Translations under genes and position numbers: made by a program
In this document: piece after piece, positions 35,683 to 44,827 of the stretch
Layout: every line of letters begins with the position of its first letter
How positions within the stretch are numbered: the first letter of the stretch is position 1
Notes under the pieces: generated by a model
What the model saw: the letters and a program-made list of their open reading frames with translations, nothing else
Told to the model about the DNA's origin: nothing
Databases searched by the model: none
Virus record (IMG/VR): IMGVR_UViG_3300036773_000046
Coordinates: 1 to 64,000 of that record
Reading direction: 5' to 3' (one strand)
Source of the DNA: a virus
Taxonomy: Duplodnaviria > Caudoviricetes
Length of the DNA: 64,000 nt

Positions 35683-35943
35683 CTAGCTGGTGCCGCCGTG
35701 CGGCAACTTGGCCCGCTCACGCTCACGTCGCCGTCCCGCCGCAGCCTTGGACGCCTCCCACGGCGTGAGCTCACCTCGCGCGCGCAGGTCGCGGTTGCGC
35801 GCCTCCGCGTCGCGCGCGGCTGCGCGTCGCGCCTCCTTGCGCAGGCGCGTGTTCTCGCGGCAGCGCGCGTGACGCCGCTTCCGCGCCTCGTTGCTCATTC
35901 GCTTCGACGCGGGATTACCCTTGCCGCCCTGCTGCCTAGCCAT
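35683..35943 (-). CDS. Arg/Lys-rich basic protein
   Basis: GGAGGAG RBS; begins MARQQGGKGNPASKR. Confidence 0.55.
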   Translation of the reverse strand: MARQQGGKGNPASKRMSNEARKRRHARCRENTRLRKEARRAAARDAEARNRDLRARGELTPWEASKAAAGRRRERERAKLPHGGTS

Positions 35944-36317
35944 CACTCCTCCTCCAGTCGTCGCACGTCGTCGGCGTTGGTAACGCCCACGGTGGCCACA
36001 ACGACCTCGCGCACGACGCGGCCGTAATCGTCGTACGTGAGCGTGGTGACCGTGCGCGTCACATACGGCGGTAGCAACGACGGCTGCGGTGGTGGGTAGT
36101 TCGCGGCGGGCGACGCCTGCGGCACGTCGGTGCGGCCCCACTCGTCTTCGTCTTGGTTCAACTTCTTACTCTTTCTCTTGGGGTTTTCAAAAGCGACGCG
36201 CACATCGGCAACGTCGAGCAGTGGCCACGAACGACCACCGCGCGTCAGGTTTGTCTCGCAGCTCACCCGTGCCTGCCAGTCAGCTTCGCTCAGCGTGAGA
36301 CTCAGGGCCGTGGTCAT
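35943..36317 (-). CDS. Hypothetical protein
   Basis: AAGGAG RBS and ATGA coupling. Confidence 0.5.
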   Translation of the reverse strand: MTTALSLTLSEADWQARVSCETNLTRGGRSWPLLDVADVRVAFENPKRKSKKLNQDEDEWGRTDVPQASPAANYPPPQPSLLPPYVTRTVTTLTYDDYGRVVREVVVATVGVTNADDVRRLEEE

Positions 36318-36478
36318 TCGCTGCGCTCCTTCAGTGTGTGGATCTCGATGACCGACCCGCCTTCGCGATGCCATGCCGCACAGTCGAGGCACAACAGGTA
36401 CTCGGGCGTCAGGTCGCCGGCCATCGTTGCGCCGTAAACCGCAGGGTTGCGGTCGCAGTCGTAGCAGCGACGGGTCAC
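36314..36478 (-). CDS. Small CxxC..CxxC protein
   Basis: GTGA coupling. Confidence 0.5.
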   Translation of the reverse strand: MTRRCYDCDRNPAVYGATMAGDLTPEYLLCLDCAAWHREGGSVIEIHTLKERSE

Positions 36479-36831
36479 GTCTGCTCCCCTGCCGTAACCG
36501 ACCCAGACGCAGCAAGAGCGGCGCGCAACCGGTCGGGAACGTCGCTGAGTATGTGCGCTTCTTCCCATGTGATCTCGCAATGGTCGCCGCCGTCTGTGGT
36601 TGCGAGATCATCCAGTCGATCCGCCTGCGCCGTGACCGTCTCCCGTAGTTCGGCCAGGTCCCGCACAGCCGCGTCCCGCTCGGCGGTCAGTCGTTGAATC
36701 CCGGCGATCAATCCGCGCACTGTCGTGTAGGCGACTGCCGTCCCTGCCATGCCGATGCCGAACATGCATCGCTGCGCGTCGTTGACGTGCGCCGTGAGTT
36801 CGTCCTCGCTGCGCTCCGCGTCCCCAGTCAC
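36475..36831 (-). CDS. Hypothetical coiled-coil protein
   Basis: Part of a coupled small-ORF array. Confidence 0.5.
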   Translation of the reverse strand: MTGDAERSEDELTAHVNDAQRCMFGIGMAGTAVAYTTVRGLIAGIQRLTAERDAAVRDLAELRETVTAQADRLDDLATTDGGDHCEITWEEAHILSDVPDRLRAALAASGSVTAGEQT

Positions 36832-37058
36832 GACTGGCCCCGGTGGTCAGCGAGCAGAGCCAAGATCTCATCGGCCATGGTCAATAGCTGCTCGCGCAGA
36901 ACGCGGTCATGTTGAGTCAGATGGGCCGGGTCATCCCGCATCCAGTTCGACATGATCGCGCGGTCCTCGGCGTTGGTGTAGCCCTCCTGGAAGCACCACA
37001 TGAGCCACGCCAGATGAACGCGGGCTTCCTCGTTGGGTTCTGCCGCAGGCGAAGTCAC
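36828..37058 (-). CDS. Hypothetical protein
   Basis: Part of a coupled small-ORF array. Confidence 0.5.
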   Translation of the reverse strand: MTSPAAEPNEEARVHLAWLMWCFQEGYTNAEDRAIMSNWMRDDPAHLTQHDRVLREQLLTMADEILALLADHRGQS

Positions 37059-37420
37059 GACGACAACACCTCGTCCCAAGTGCCGCCGCCCGGATGTGCG
37101 ATCACCGGACGCCAGACCACGTAACTGCCGGTCGTAGCGTCGGCGAGCCGATCGAAGCAGGCCACACAGAACACGCCGCAACCGCGAGCATGAGTCGCCG
37201 CCTCGTAGAGATCATCGTCGGCATGCCACACCACTTCGACCTTCCGCCCGCACTGCTGGCAGATTTCGAGGTAGTAGCCACGACCGACGACCAGCCAAGC
37301 GGCCCGGAGAAGCGCGCTCCAACGGTGCATCCGCGCGTAGTACCTGACGGTGTTGGCGGTGAGCGCCGCCCAGTAGCCGAAGCCGTTGTCATGGGCGGCG
37401 TGCCCGATCTCCGCGCTCAT
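37055..37420 (-). CDS. Hypothetical protein with CxxC motifs
   Basis: Motifs CQQCGR and CVACFD. Confidence 0.55.
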   Translation of the reverse strand: MSAEIGHAAHDNGFGYWAALTANTVRYYARMHRWSALLRAAWLVVGRGYYLEICQQCGRKVEVVWHADDDLYEAATHARGCGVFCVACFDRLADATTGSYVVWRPVIAHPGGGTWDEVLSS

Positions 37421-37698
37421 TGCTTCTCCCCTTCGGTGGTGTCCCCAGGTAGGGACGGAACAGACGACAGAGCAGCGAGAGCGTGCAGTTCGGACGCGAG
37501 GCGTTGTACGTCGAGGTCTGGGCACCGGACCAACGTCGCGGCGATCTCGTCCATCTGCTCGATCGCGGCCTGCTGCCGCTCCACCTCGGCGAGTGCCGCC
37601 TCAACCTGCCGCGCGCAGTAGTCCAGCTTCTCGGATCGCAGCCGCTTCGCGATCGAGAGCAGGTCGTCGGCCAGCCGCTGCCGGTCCGGGGCCGTCAC
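37417..37698 (-). CDS. Hypothetical helical protein
   Basis: Part of a coupled small-ORF array. Confidence 0.5.
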   Translation of the reverse strand: MTAPDRQRLADDLLSIAKRLRSEKLDYCARQVEAALAEVERQQAAIEQMDEIAATLVRCPDLDVQRLASELHALAALSSVPSLPGDTTEGEKQ

Positions 37699-37868
37699 GA
37701 TTCGTACCCCTTTCCGCGACACGTCACCAGTCCCGCCAGATCGGTCATGCGATCCGCGCGGGGCAGGTCGAACGGCGTCTTGCCGCAGCACTGCGTGACC
37801 GCTTCACCGCGACCGGGGCACTTGTGCACGGTCTCCCGCCCTTCCGGCGCACCACCCACGCCGGTCAC
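37695..37868 (-). CDS. Small Cys-rich protein
   Basis: Motif HKCPGRG..VTQCCG.TPFDLP. Confidence 0.5.
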   Translation of the reverse strand: MTGVGGAPEGRETVHKCPGRGEAVTQCCGKTPFDLPRADRMTDLAGLVTCRGKGYES

Positions 37869-38242
37869 GAGGTGACCTTGGATTGCGACGACTGCAATCG
37901 GTCGATCTCGGCAGCGACGAGAGCGCCAGCCTTCACCAGTTCCCGGATACGCCCCTCCCGGAACTGCTGCTCGTGATCTTCCGCCGGAGTGCCTTCCGGG
38001 AGCGCGAACGGCTTCCAGTGCCAGGTCGCCCACGGCCACGTCGTCGGAACGGGAACCCACTGCGAGATGCCGTCCTTGACAACCCGCGCCTGCTTGAACC
38101 GCCGCCATGGCCACGGGATCGCGTAGGAGCACGCTGCCAGCGCCAGTGACTCATCCGCGTGGGCAGTGTCGTGCTCGGGCTCATAGCCCTCGACCTCGAT
38201 CTGCCGCTGCCGCTCTGCCGCGATCAACTCGGCCCCGGTCAT
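37865..38242 (-). CDS. Conserved phage protein, possibly MazG-like nucleotide pyrophosphohydrolase
   Basis: IAAERQRQIEVEGY..EHD..H...LA.AA.SYA...ELVKAGALVAAEIDRL. Confidence 0.45.
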   Translation of the reverse strand: MTGAELIAAERQRQIEVEGYEPEHDTAHADESLALAACSYAIPWPWRRFKQARVVKDGISQWVPVPTTWPWATWHWKPFALPEGTPAEDHEQQFREGRIRELVKAGALVAAEIDRLQSSQSKVTS

Positions 38243-38460
38243 GCGAAGTTCCCGGAGTCGGCCTGCATCCACGTCATGTACACGGCGCGCAGCTTGTCCT
38301 CGTCGCGGTCGTCGTAGAACGCGCGGACCGCTGCGGCGAGATCGTTACCCATCGAGCGGATACGTTCGGATCGCGTCTCAGCCTTGTCGAGCGCCGATGC
38401 CAGCCACTCAACATTGCTCACAGTCACGTCGGCTATGTCCTGAGTCTGGGATTTACTCAT
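38239..38460 (-). CDS. Hypothetical protein
   Basis: AGGAG RBS. Confidence 0.55.
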   Translation of the reverse strand: MSKSQTQDIADVTVSNVEWLASALDKAETRSERIRSMGNDLAAAVRAFYDDRDEDKLRAVYMTWMQADSGNFA

Positions 38461-38607
38461 GATCAGTTCTCCTGTTCGGTTGCTTCTCGGTTATCGAGCG
38501 AGTGATGCACGTAAATGACGCCGGTCTCGGCGTCGGACCACAAGGGCAGTTGGTGTTCTTCGTGGTGGATGTGGTCCGACACGTGGGACGGACGTGCAAT
38601 TCGCTGG

Positions 38608-39234
38608 TCACAAGGCACCCTCCGCGATGTTCGCTGCTCGCGACATGCCGTTGCGGTACGGACCTTCCGCGTTGCGCGACTTGGCATCGCGAAGCCGCTG
38701 CAAATCGGCACGGATCTCACCCGCCACCTTCGCCCGCACTTCCCGCTCCACCTCGTCACGCGACACCAGGGCTTGCAGGTCAGACCACACAGCGGCGAGA
38801 GCGGCATCGGCAGCCCACTTCGTATGCGTCGGGCCGCTGCGGTGAATGTGCCACCACGACTCGTCCGCGGTCGGCTGTGATCCCGCGCACACAGCCCACG
38901 CATCGAACACGGCACGCTCGGCCTTCTCGCGCAGCTCGTCCGGCACCTCGCCGGATTCCCCGCCCACACCCGTCACGGCTGTGTCCTTCCAGGTTGAGTT
39001 CGGCGTCCTTGCCAGCCACCACTGCGCGGCAAGCACGCACTCCGCGAGCATCTGCCCGTGGTGTTCGTCGCCGTTCGTCATCCAATTGCGGGCCATGCTC
39101 ATCAGGTATTCGGCGTTCGCGGCCACAGACTCAGCAATCAGTGGGACGATGCTCGGCGACGCCTTCATCAGCCGCGCGATCTGCTCGTCCGTCGCCTGCT
39201 CGGCAGCCAGCAACCGTTCCCGTTCCTTGCTCAC
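38608..39234 (-). CDS. Hypothetical protein
   Basis: AAGGAG RBS before the GTG at 39234. Confidence 0.5.
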   Translation of the reverse strand: MSKERERLLAAEQATDEQIARLMKASPSIVPLIAESVAANAEYLMSMARNWMTNGDEHHGQMLAECVLAAQWWLARTPNSTWKDTAVTGVGGESGEVPDELREKAERAVFDAWAVCAGSQPTADESWWHIHRSGPTHTKWAADAALAAVWSDLQALVSRDEVEREVRAKVAGEIRADLQRLRDAKSRNAEGPYRNGMSRAANIAEGAL

Positions 39235-39311
39235 TTCGGCTCCTTCTCGGTGGTGCCTACGCCGAGGTAGACGACGCAACCAGCTACGCGCCAGGTAACG
39301 GGGACGGACGG

Positions 39312-39668
39312 TCATAGCCGCACCTCGTACGGCTCCTCGCACACCCTCACCGGTGGCGTGCGGACGAAGTCGCTGGGAATCGGGCACCGCACAGACGCCC
39401 GCACGCCGCCAGGAGGCAGCGCCGGGTTCTCTCGAATCAGACGCTCGATCTCACGGACCTTGGTCCGGTAGGCGTCCAACGCCCGGGCGTACGCGGCACG
39501 CTCCAGATCACGCTGGCGAACCAGTCGGACGGCCTCGGCCCGGGCCGCCTCCCTCGTGGCAAAGAGTCCGTAGTCCAGGTCCACCACGTACCGACCCCGG
39601 TAGTCCGAGTTCACGTCCTCGACCTCGATCACCCAGACCAGGGCGTGACGATGACTCGACTCGCTCAA
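39312..39668 (-). CDS. Hypothetical protein (first gene of the leftward small-ORF array)
   Basis: AGGAAGAG RBS; downstream of a sigma70-like promoter. Confidence 0.55.
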   Translation of the reverse strand: MSESSHRHALVWVIEVEDVNSDYRGRYVVDLDYGLFATREAARAEAVRLVRQRDLERAAYARALDAYRTKVREIERLIRENPALPPGGVRASVRCPIPSDFVRTPPVRVCEEPYEVRL

Positions 39669-39761
39669 CTTGATCTCTTCCTAGGCTGGCTGGCTGGAAC
39701 CTTCGACTCGATCGTACCAAGTTGAGTCGACGACGGGCGCACACACCAGCTACCGGGACTC

Positions 39762-39790
39762 ATTATCTCAAGTCTGAACGTGCGATACAA
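39762..39790 (-). promoter_or_regulatory. Sigma70/SigA-like promoter TTGTAT-N17-GATAAT
   Basis: Hexamers with exact 17-nt spacing, about 95 nt upstream of the 39668 start. Confidence 0.5.
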
Positions 39791-39859
39791 CTGCACCTAG
39801 GAACGTGAGATTACTCGGGGGTCTCTCTCCGGGGAGTCACACTCCGGCACCGACCCTCT

Positions 39860-40480
39860 CTCACCGTGAGTGAGAGGGTGTGGATCTTGTGAGTGAGATC
39901 TTGTCCTCACCCTCGACGAGGACTCCGCACCACGGTGAAGTCTTCACCCAGCGTGATGTGATCTCGACGGGATCTTGGTGATCACCCGCGCCGCGTCGCC
40001 AGTCCAGCGGGCCCACGCCTCGACGGGATCTTACACCACCCCGCCTCGCCGGCCACTTGAAGTGCGCCACACCACTTAAGATGCGATCTTGGTCACTCTC
40101 AGACGTGATCTCTTAACCACACGAGAAGAGTGTGAGGGTGATGTGGGTGTGTGAGGTGGGTGTGAGAGTGAGTGACACACACTCTCTTCCCTTGTGAGTG
40201 TCTTCACCTTCTCTGCTTGCTTCTCTCTGCTTGCTTGCTCTCTGGTGTTGCTTCCCTTGTCTTGTTGATCAAGAAGGGTACCCAAATGGCAGCACATCGC
40301 GAAGAGTCTCCTGCTAGGTTTCAGCCACCCTAAACAATCTTGTAAGCTTGTAAGCAAGTTTTTAGTTGGCGTCTCGAGCGCGCGTAGCGCACGCGTACGT
40401 TCCGGTGTACGTTGTCTGAATATCAAATAGTTACTTACATACTTACAACTAGATCTTCCATCTACCCAGACCCGTTGTAA
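39860..40480. other. Non-coding repeat-rich, strand-skewed region (candidate origin or genome end)
   Basis: CTCGACGGGATCTT twice (39963, 40019), GTGAGTGAG repeats, GT-rich then CT-rich tracts, and an AT-rich patch at 40330-40460. Confidence 0.45.
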
Positions 40481-40721
40481 TCGTTGGGCCCAGGTGACTT
40501 GCTTGCCTGTAAGCAGTCGATAAGCAAGCAACAAACTGCCTACAACACAGCTGCTTTGCCTACGATCAGATCTTGCAGTTATCCGCACGGCGGCCACGGT
40601 TGTCTCAACGATTGCCCGCGATGTAACGAACGTGAAAGGTCCAGTTACTACCAAACAAGCCACAGACAAGTACCAACCCGCCGTCGTTGCAAGATCCACT
40701 ACACCACGATTTCCCGTCGTC

Positions 40722-40783
40722 GCACTACGCATTAGACCCAGCTCACATGCACTACGCTAAGCTCACATGCACTACGCATTAGA
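40722..40783. repeat. Short tandem repeat
   Basis: GCTCACATGCACTACGC at 40741 and 40761 (20-bp period); GCACTACGCATTAGA at 40722 and 40769. Confidence 0.85.
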
Positions 40784-41240
40784 GCCGAAGATCTCCAACC
40801 CAGGGCTCGTCGTCGTCACGCGGGTGTAGTGCGATCCCATCCCACGCGGGTTGGTAGCCCGGGTACGTCACCACCGCACGCAGCCGTGCCTGGGTGATCG
40901 CCGTGACGCCGACGTCTGTGCCGGTGACGTCAACCTCGACGCCGCACGGCAGCTGCCAGCGACCCAAGGAAGAGAGCTCGAGGTACTGCTCTTTGCCCGC
41001 GTCCAGCGTGCCGCGTGCCCAGATGTCGTTGCGTACACGCCAGACGAAGTCCACGGCGCCCAGCGTGCGGTACTCCCGCGAGCTTGAGCCCCGGTCACGC
41101 GTGAGGATGGGCACGGGTAGCTCGTCCGCCGTCATGGGCAGCTTGAACGCCCCCGGCGCGATGACGCGGCCGTCCAGCGTGGGTACGCCCTCGTAGGCGA
41201 TGACGTCGCTCCAGATCTTCACGTCGCGTCCCCTTTCCAC
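40779..41240 (-). CDS. Stand-alone paralog of the prohead protease N-terminal domain
   Basis: Shares EG.PT.DGR, P.P.., G....V.R, I.A.G..D and A.LRA.......PA[W/F] with the gene at 18483..20366. Confidence 0.65.
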   Translation of the reverse strand: MERGRDVKIWSDVIAYEGVPTLDGRVIAPGAFKLPMTADELPVPILTRDRGSSSREYRTLGAVDFVWRVRNDIWARGTLDAGKEQYLELSSLGRWQLPCGVEVDVTGTDVGVTAITQARLRAVVTYPGYQPAWDGIALHPRDDDEPWVGDLRL

Positions 41241-41309
41241 GGCTCAACTCATGCCTTGCCACGTTGATCTCTTTCTAACCTTTCGCTTCCTAGCTCTATC
41301 CTATCAAGT

Positions 41310-42821
41310 CTAAATGATGAAGAGCGATCCCAGTGGTGCGAGCTTACCCGCCCACCGCGTGCCGCCCGACACGTGTGACTCCCAGCCCATGCCTCGCAGC
41401 TCGCCGTTGAAGACACGGTGACTTAGCTGCGTACGCTTCTCCTCCGTGCTGCCGTACTCGTGCACCCACTGCTTGTACACACGGTAGAGATCTTCGGCCT
41501 TCCAGTAGTTCGACCACGGCGTGCTCAGTGGGAACGGGTCGTGGACCAGGTAGCCGTGCTCTTCCATGAAGCTGATGAACTCGCCGACGCTGGTAAGATC
41601 GCCGAACGCCTTCGCGGTGGCCTCGACCCACGTCTGTGGCCGGTCCGCGCCGTGCACGTCGTGCTCGTCGTTGTAGGCGCGTGCGCAGCCAATGATCAGC
41701 TGGGTCAGCAGCGCGTCGAGGGTGTTAGGATCGCCGCTGAAGATCTCGCGCTTACGTGTGTCCTCGGCGGCCGCCACGCTGTGCGGGAACGGCAGCACGT
41801 GCAGTCGACGCTTGACGCCCGAGTCGGCGCCCTTCACCTTGGGCACCGTGTTGCAGACGATCAACGGCGTGAAGTCGGGTACGCGCTCCACCATCACGTT
41901 GCTGCGCATGCCTCGTGCGGTTAGTGGGTCGCCGCCCGACATACGCTTGACGTGATCTCCGTGAAGCTCCCAGGCGTCCGCGCCCTCGCTGGCGTACACA
42001 AACCGCGCGGACAGCGCCCGCAGTAGGTCGGGTCTGGGCTTGTCGTCCTGGTTGGCACGGAACACGCTGGTGCCGACGGGTACGGCGTAGTCGCCCACCG
42101 CCCGCGCGATGGTCTCGACGAGTTGGCTCTTACCAGTCGTGGTGGTGCCGTGCATGATCGTCCAGATGCGGAAGTGATTGCCGCCGTAGAGCATCGAGCC
42201 TAAGATCTTCATGAGGTAGTCCCAGTAGCCCGGCTCGGGTACGAACGTGCGCTGGAACTCGTAGAGCGGCTCGCTCCACTGCACCGGCGGGTTGAAGGAT
42301 GCGCGCGTGATGTGCGTGATGAGGTCGAGTGGGTCGTGCGGCTTGAGCGTGAGGTTGGCGAGGTCGACGGTGCCCGTCGGCGTGTTAAGCAATTGTGGCG
42401 TCGCGTCCAGCTCCTCGCCGCGCACGATCATGAGTGGCTGCGCGAGCTTGAGAATCGCGGTGCGGCGACCGACGGACTCGGTGGCGTCGCCCCAGCGTTG
42501 CCACACCCCACGCTCGTCGTCGTCGGCTACCCGCCTAGGCATGCGACGTACGTCTTGACACACCCGTAGCGTAAGGTTGAGTGCGACCTGCACGTCGTCA
42601 CGACGCCATCGCGTTCCGTCCCAGTGCAGCCAGCAGTCCTCGGATGCCAGGTACTTAAGCTCGGGGCATAGGCGCTTGAACCTGAAGGCGTTCCCGGTGT
42701 CGGTTGGCGTCTCTTGGGCGTGGGTAATGTCTTGAATAGTCGCCGAAAGGTCGCCCAGGTCACCTAGGTCACCCTCGGGTTGCGGGATCGGCGGCAGATC
42801 TTCGACGGGAGGCTCGGTCAA
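41310..42821 (-). CDS. D5/P4-type primase-associated SF3 helicase
   Basis: Motifs TDTGNA.RF, W.HWDGTRW, LLNTPTGTVDL, Walker A HGTTTTGKS and K.MSGGD.LTAR. Confidence 0.9.
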   Translation of the reverse strand: MTEPPVEDLPPIPQPEGDLGDLGDLSATIQDITHAQETPTDTGNAFRFKRLCPELKYLASEDCWLHWDGTRWRRDDVQVALNLTLRVCQDVRRMPRRVADDDERGVWQRWGDATESVGRRTAILKLAQPLMIVRGEELDATPQLLNTPTGTVDLANLTLKPHDPLDLITHITRASFNPPVQWSEPLYEFQRTFVPEPGYWDYLMKILGSMLYGGNHFRIWTIMHGTTTTGKSQLVETIARAVGDYAVPVGTSVFRANQDDKPRPDLLRALSARFVYASEGADAWELHGDHVKRMSGGDPLTARGMRSNVMVERVPDFTPLIVCNTVPKVKGADSGVKRRLHVLPFPHSVAAAEDTRKREIFSGDPNTLDALLTQLIIGCARAYNDEHDVHGADRPQTWVEATAKAFGDLTSVGEFISFMEEHGYLVHDPFPLSTPWSNYWKAEDLYRVYKQWVHEYGSTEEKRTQLSHRVFNGELRGMGWESHVSGGTRWAGKLAPLGSLFII

Positions 42822-42958
42822 AACTTGGCGTCCCGTTCATCATGGTCTTGGCGCCTTTGGATGGCACGGTCGATGCGCACGCAGAGCACGACGTAGATCA
42901 CCAGCAGCAGCGATCCGAACGAGGCTCCAATGAGTACGATCCACGGCCAGCTGATCAC
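42818..42958 (-). CDS. Small membrane protein (46 aa)
   Basis: Translated by hand: MISWPWIVLIGASFGSLLLVIYVVLCVRID...; coupled at both ends. Confidence 0.55.
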   Translation of the reverse strand: MISWPWIVLIGASFGSLLLVIYVVLCVRIDRAIQRRQDHDERDAKF

Positions 42959-43272
42959 AGCGGAGTCACCGACGTGATCGTGAACCGAGACCTACAGGGT
43001 ACGTGCTTGCTGATCGCGCCCTTCATGCGCGGTAGTCGCTGGATCAGCGCGGTGTGCTCGGCGCAGAAGATGTACGACGGCGTGCCGCAGCCGCACTTGA
43101 GTCTAACGGAGTGAGTCGCGATCTTTATGCAACGCCGCTGCCGGCCACGCCACCACAGAAACACCCACTGCTTCATGAGCTGGCAGCGCGGGTTGAGGTT
43201 CCAGTCGACGCCCTCGAACGGCTTGGGCAGCGCGGTCTCAGGCTTGAGCTTGGGCAGGGTGGGCGCGATCAC
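42955..43272 (-). CDS. Cys-rich hypothetical protein
   Basis: Several Cys pairs. Confidence 0.5.
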   Translation of the reverse strand: MIAPTLPKLKPETALPKPFEGVDWNLNPRCQLMKQWVFLWWRGRQRRCIKIATHSVRLKCGCGTPSYIFCAEHTALIQRLPRMKGAISKHVPCRSRFTITSVTPL

Positions 43273-43658
43273 GGCCGCCGCCGTGCGCGTGCGTTGAAGA
43301 TCTTACGCCACCACGATCGTTCCAAGTCGCGAAGTCGAGTCTCGACGTCGTTGAGTCGCTTGGCATCCTGCACCGCCCAGCGGTACAGGGCAACGAGTCC
43401 CGTGTCGCTGTGCACGAACTGCACTACCGTGTCGCGGTCGGGCATGCCGCCGCAGACTTCGTCATACGCGGCGCGCTTCCAGGGCTGATCGAGCTCACGG
43501 TGCACTACGTCGAGCAGCTCGGATAGGTCGTCAAGCTCCTCGGTGGGCACCCACGCGTCGTCGCTGGTGTAGGTCCATAGTCGGTGGTTGCAACGTCGGA
43601 CGGCACCTACGTGGTCGGGCGTGATCCAGCCTCTTGGGCAGCTACACAAGCTCGTCAT
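43269..43658 (-). CDS. Hypothetical protein
   Basis: Coupled to the primase stop. Confidence 0.5.
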   Translation of the reverse strand: MTSLCSCPRGWITPDHVGAVRRCNHRLWTYTSDDAWVPTEELDDLSELLDVVHRELDQPWKRAAYDEVCGGMPDRDTVVQFVHSDTGLVALYRWAVQDAKRLNDVETRLRDLERSWWRKIFNARARRRP

Positions 43659-44827
43659 ATCAACTTTCCCCTACCTTGGACGACGCATCGTATCAACGCC
43701 GCCTCGTCTCCGTGGTAGATGCGCTTGAGCGCGAATACCCACTTGCTGCAAATGACCTGACCTCGCTCGGTGACGTGCTCAAACAGATCTTCGAGGCTGG
43801 GGTCACGCGAGTAAATCGTCATCACCCGCCGTGTGTAGCCCTGTGCGTCGGTCCAGTCGGTGGCGGCGGACTTTCCGTCCGTGACGTCCTTGCCCGGGCG
43901 GGTCCAGTAGCGGCAGCTGCTGATTCCTCCGCGCACGTCGTCGTTGAGCTTCCACCCGTCCCACTTGAGCAACGGCTCCCAGTCTTGATCACGGTTGAAG
44001 GTTGCCACGATTCGGTCGTAGTCTTCCAGGTCGAGGCCACGCGACGACACGTCACGACGGCGACCCTCGTCGTTGACCCGTCGCCGCTCGGCGATCTCTC
44101 GCCTAAGCTGCACGGCCTCCTCGTGGGCGGCGTCGCTAAGCATGCGCAGCTCGTCGGCGTGGTACCGCGGCCCAAGATCGTGAATCGTCACCAGCTGCGG
44201 GGTGGCGTTGCGCTCATCACCCTTAGGCCACCGCACGGTACCCGCGAGTCGTAGGATGCGCACCGTGTCGTGAACGTGGTCGATGGCGTAACCACCCGCC
44301 TCGGCCAGTAGGAAGTCACGCCAGCGAATCAGCAGCTGCTCGCCGTCACGACCCTCGGGCCGCTGGTTGGTGTGCACGAGCCAGTAGAGGTGACGCCCAC
44401 CCGACCCGCTATTCACCTGCAGGGTGGGCTTAGGCAGCAACTTCACGTAGTTGTCCAGCTCTGCCTGATCTTGAAAGTAGCCGTCCGCGCCGGGCTTCAC
44501 GTCGAGGTCGGCCCAGACGCCGGGTATCGACTGCACGTCGTCCCGCCGGCCACGCCCTCGTTCCGGCACGGAGGTGAACGAGGCGCACGCCGTGTAGACG
44601 TTCCAGCGATCGTTCACGACGTCCTGTAGCGCCTCGACGGAGGCGGCCACGTCGTCGGCGTAGGACAGCTCATCCACGGAGGTGAACGAGTGCGCCTCGG
44701 GGCGGTTGTTGCCCAGGAGGTTCAACGAGATGAACCCTTGGGCACCCTCGTGGAGCAGCTCGAGGTGCCGTGTCGCCTGATCGGCATCGACGGTGGGCTG
44801 CAGTTCCGAGGCGTATCGCGTTGCCAA
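43655..44827 (-). CDS. RepB-type (AEP superfamily) DNA primase
   Basis: Motifs VYTACA, GVWADLD, QVNSGSGGRHLYW and D.VRILRLAGT. Confidence 0.85.
   Translation of the reverse strand: MATRYASELQPTVDADQATRHLELLHEGAQGFISLNLLGNNRPEAHSFTSVDELSYADDVAASVEALQDVVNDRWNVYTACASFTSVPERGRGRRDDVQSIPGVWADLDVKPGADGYFQDQAELDNYVKLLPKPTLQVNSGSGGRHLYWLVHTNQRPEGRDGEQLLIRWRDFLLAEAGGYAIDHVHDTVRILRLAGTVRWPKGDERNATPQLVTIHDLGPRYHADELRMLSDAAHEEAVQLRREIAERRRVNDEGRRRDVSSRGLDLEDYDRIVATFNRDQDWEPLLKWDGWKLNDDVRGGISSCRYWTRPGKDVTDGKSAATDWTDAQGYTRRVMTIYSRDPSLEDLFEHVTERGQVICSKWVFALKRIYHGDEAALIRCVVQGRGKLI

Noticed and set aside
36270-36317. SEADWQARV start resembling a VRR-NUC nuclease
   Set aside because: The downstream PD-(D/E)XK residues are absent, and the similarity is too short.
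40076-40732. 218-aa minus-strand ORF in the control region
   Set aside because: It has atypical codon usage, no RBS, and crosses low-complexity tracts. It is more likely non-coding, although not excluded.
40722-40783. Tandem repeat as a mini-CRISPR array
   Set aside because: There are only two 17-bp units separated by 3 nt, with no spacers and no cas operon. The Cas4-like gene is a common phage exonuclease.
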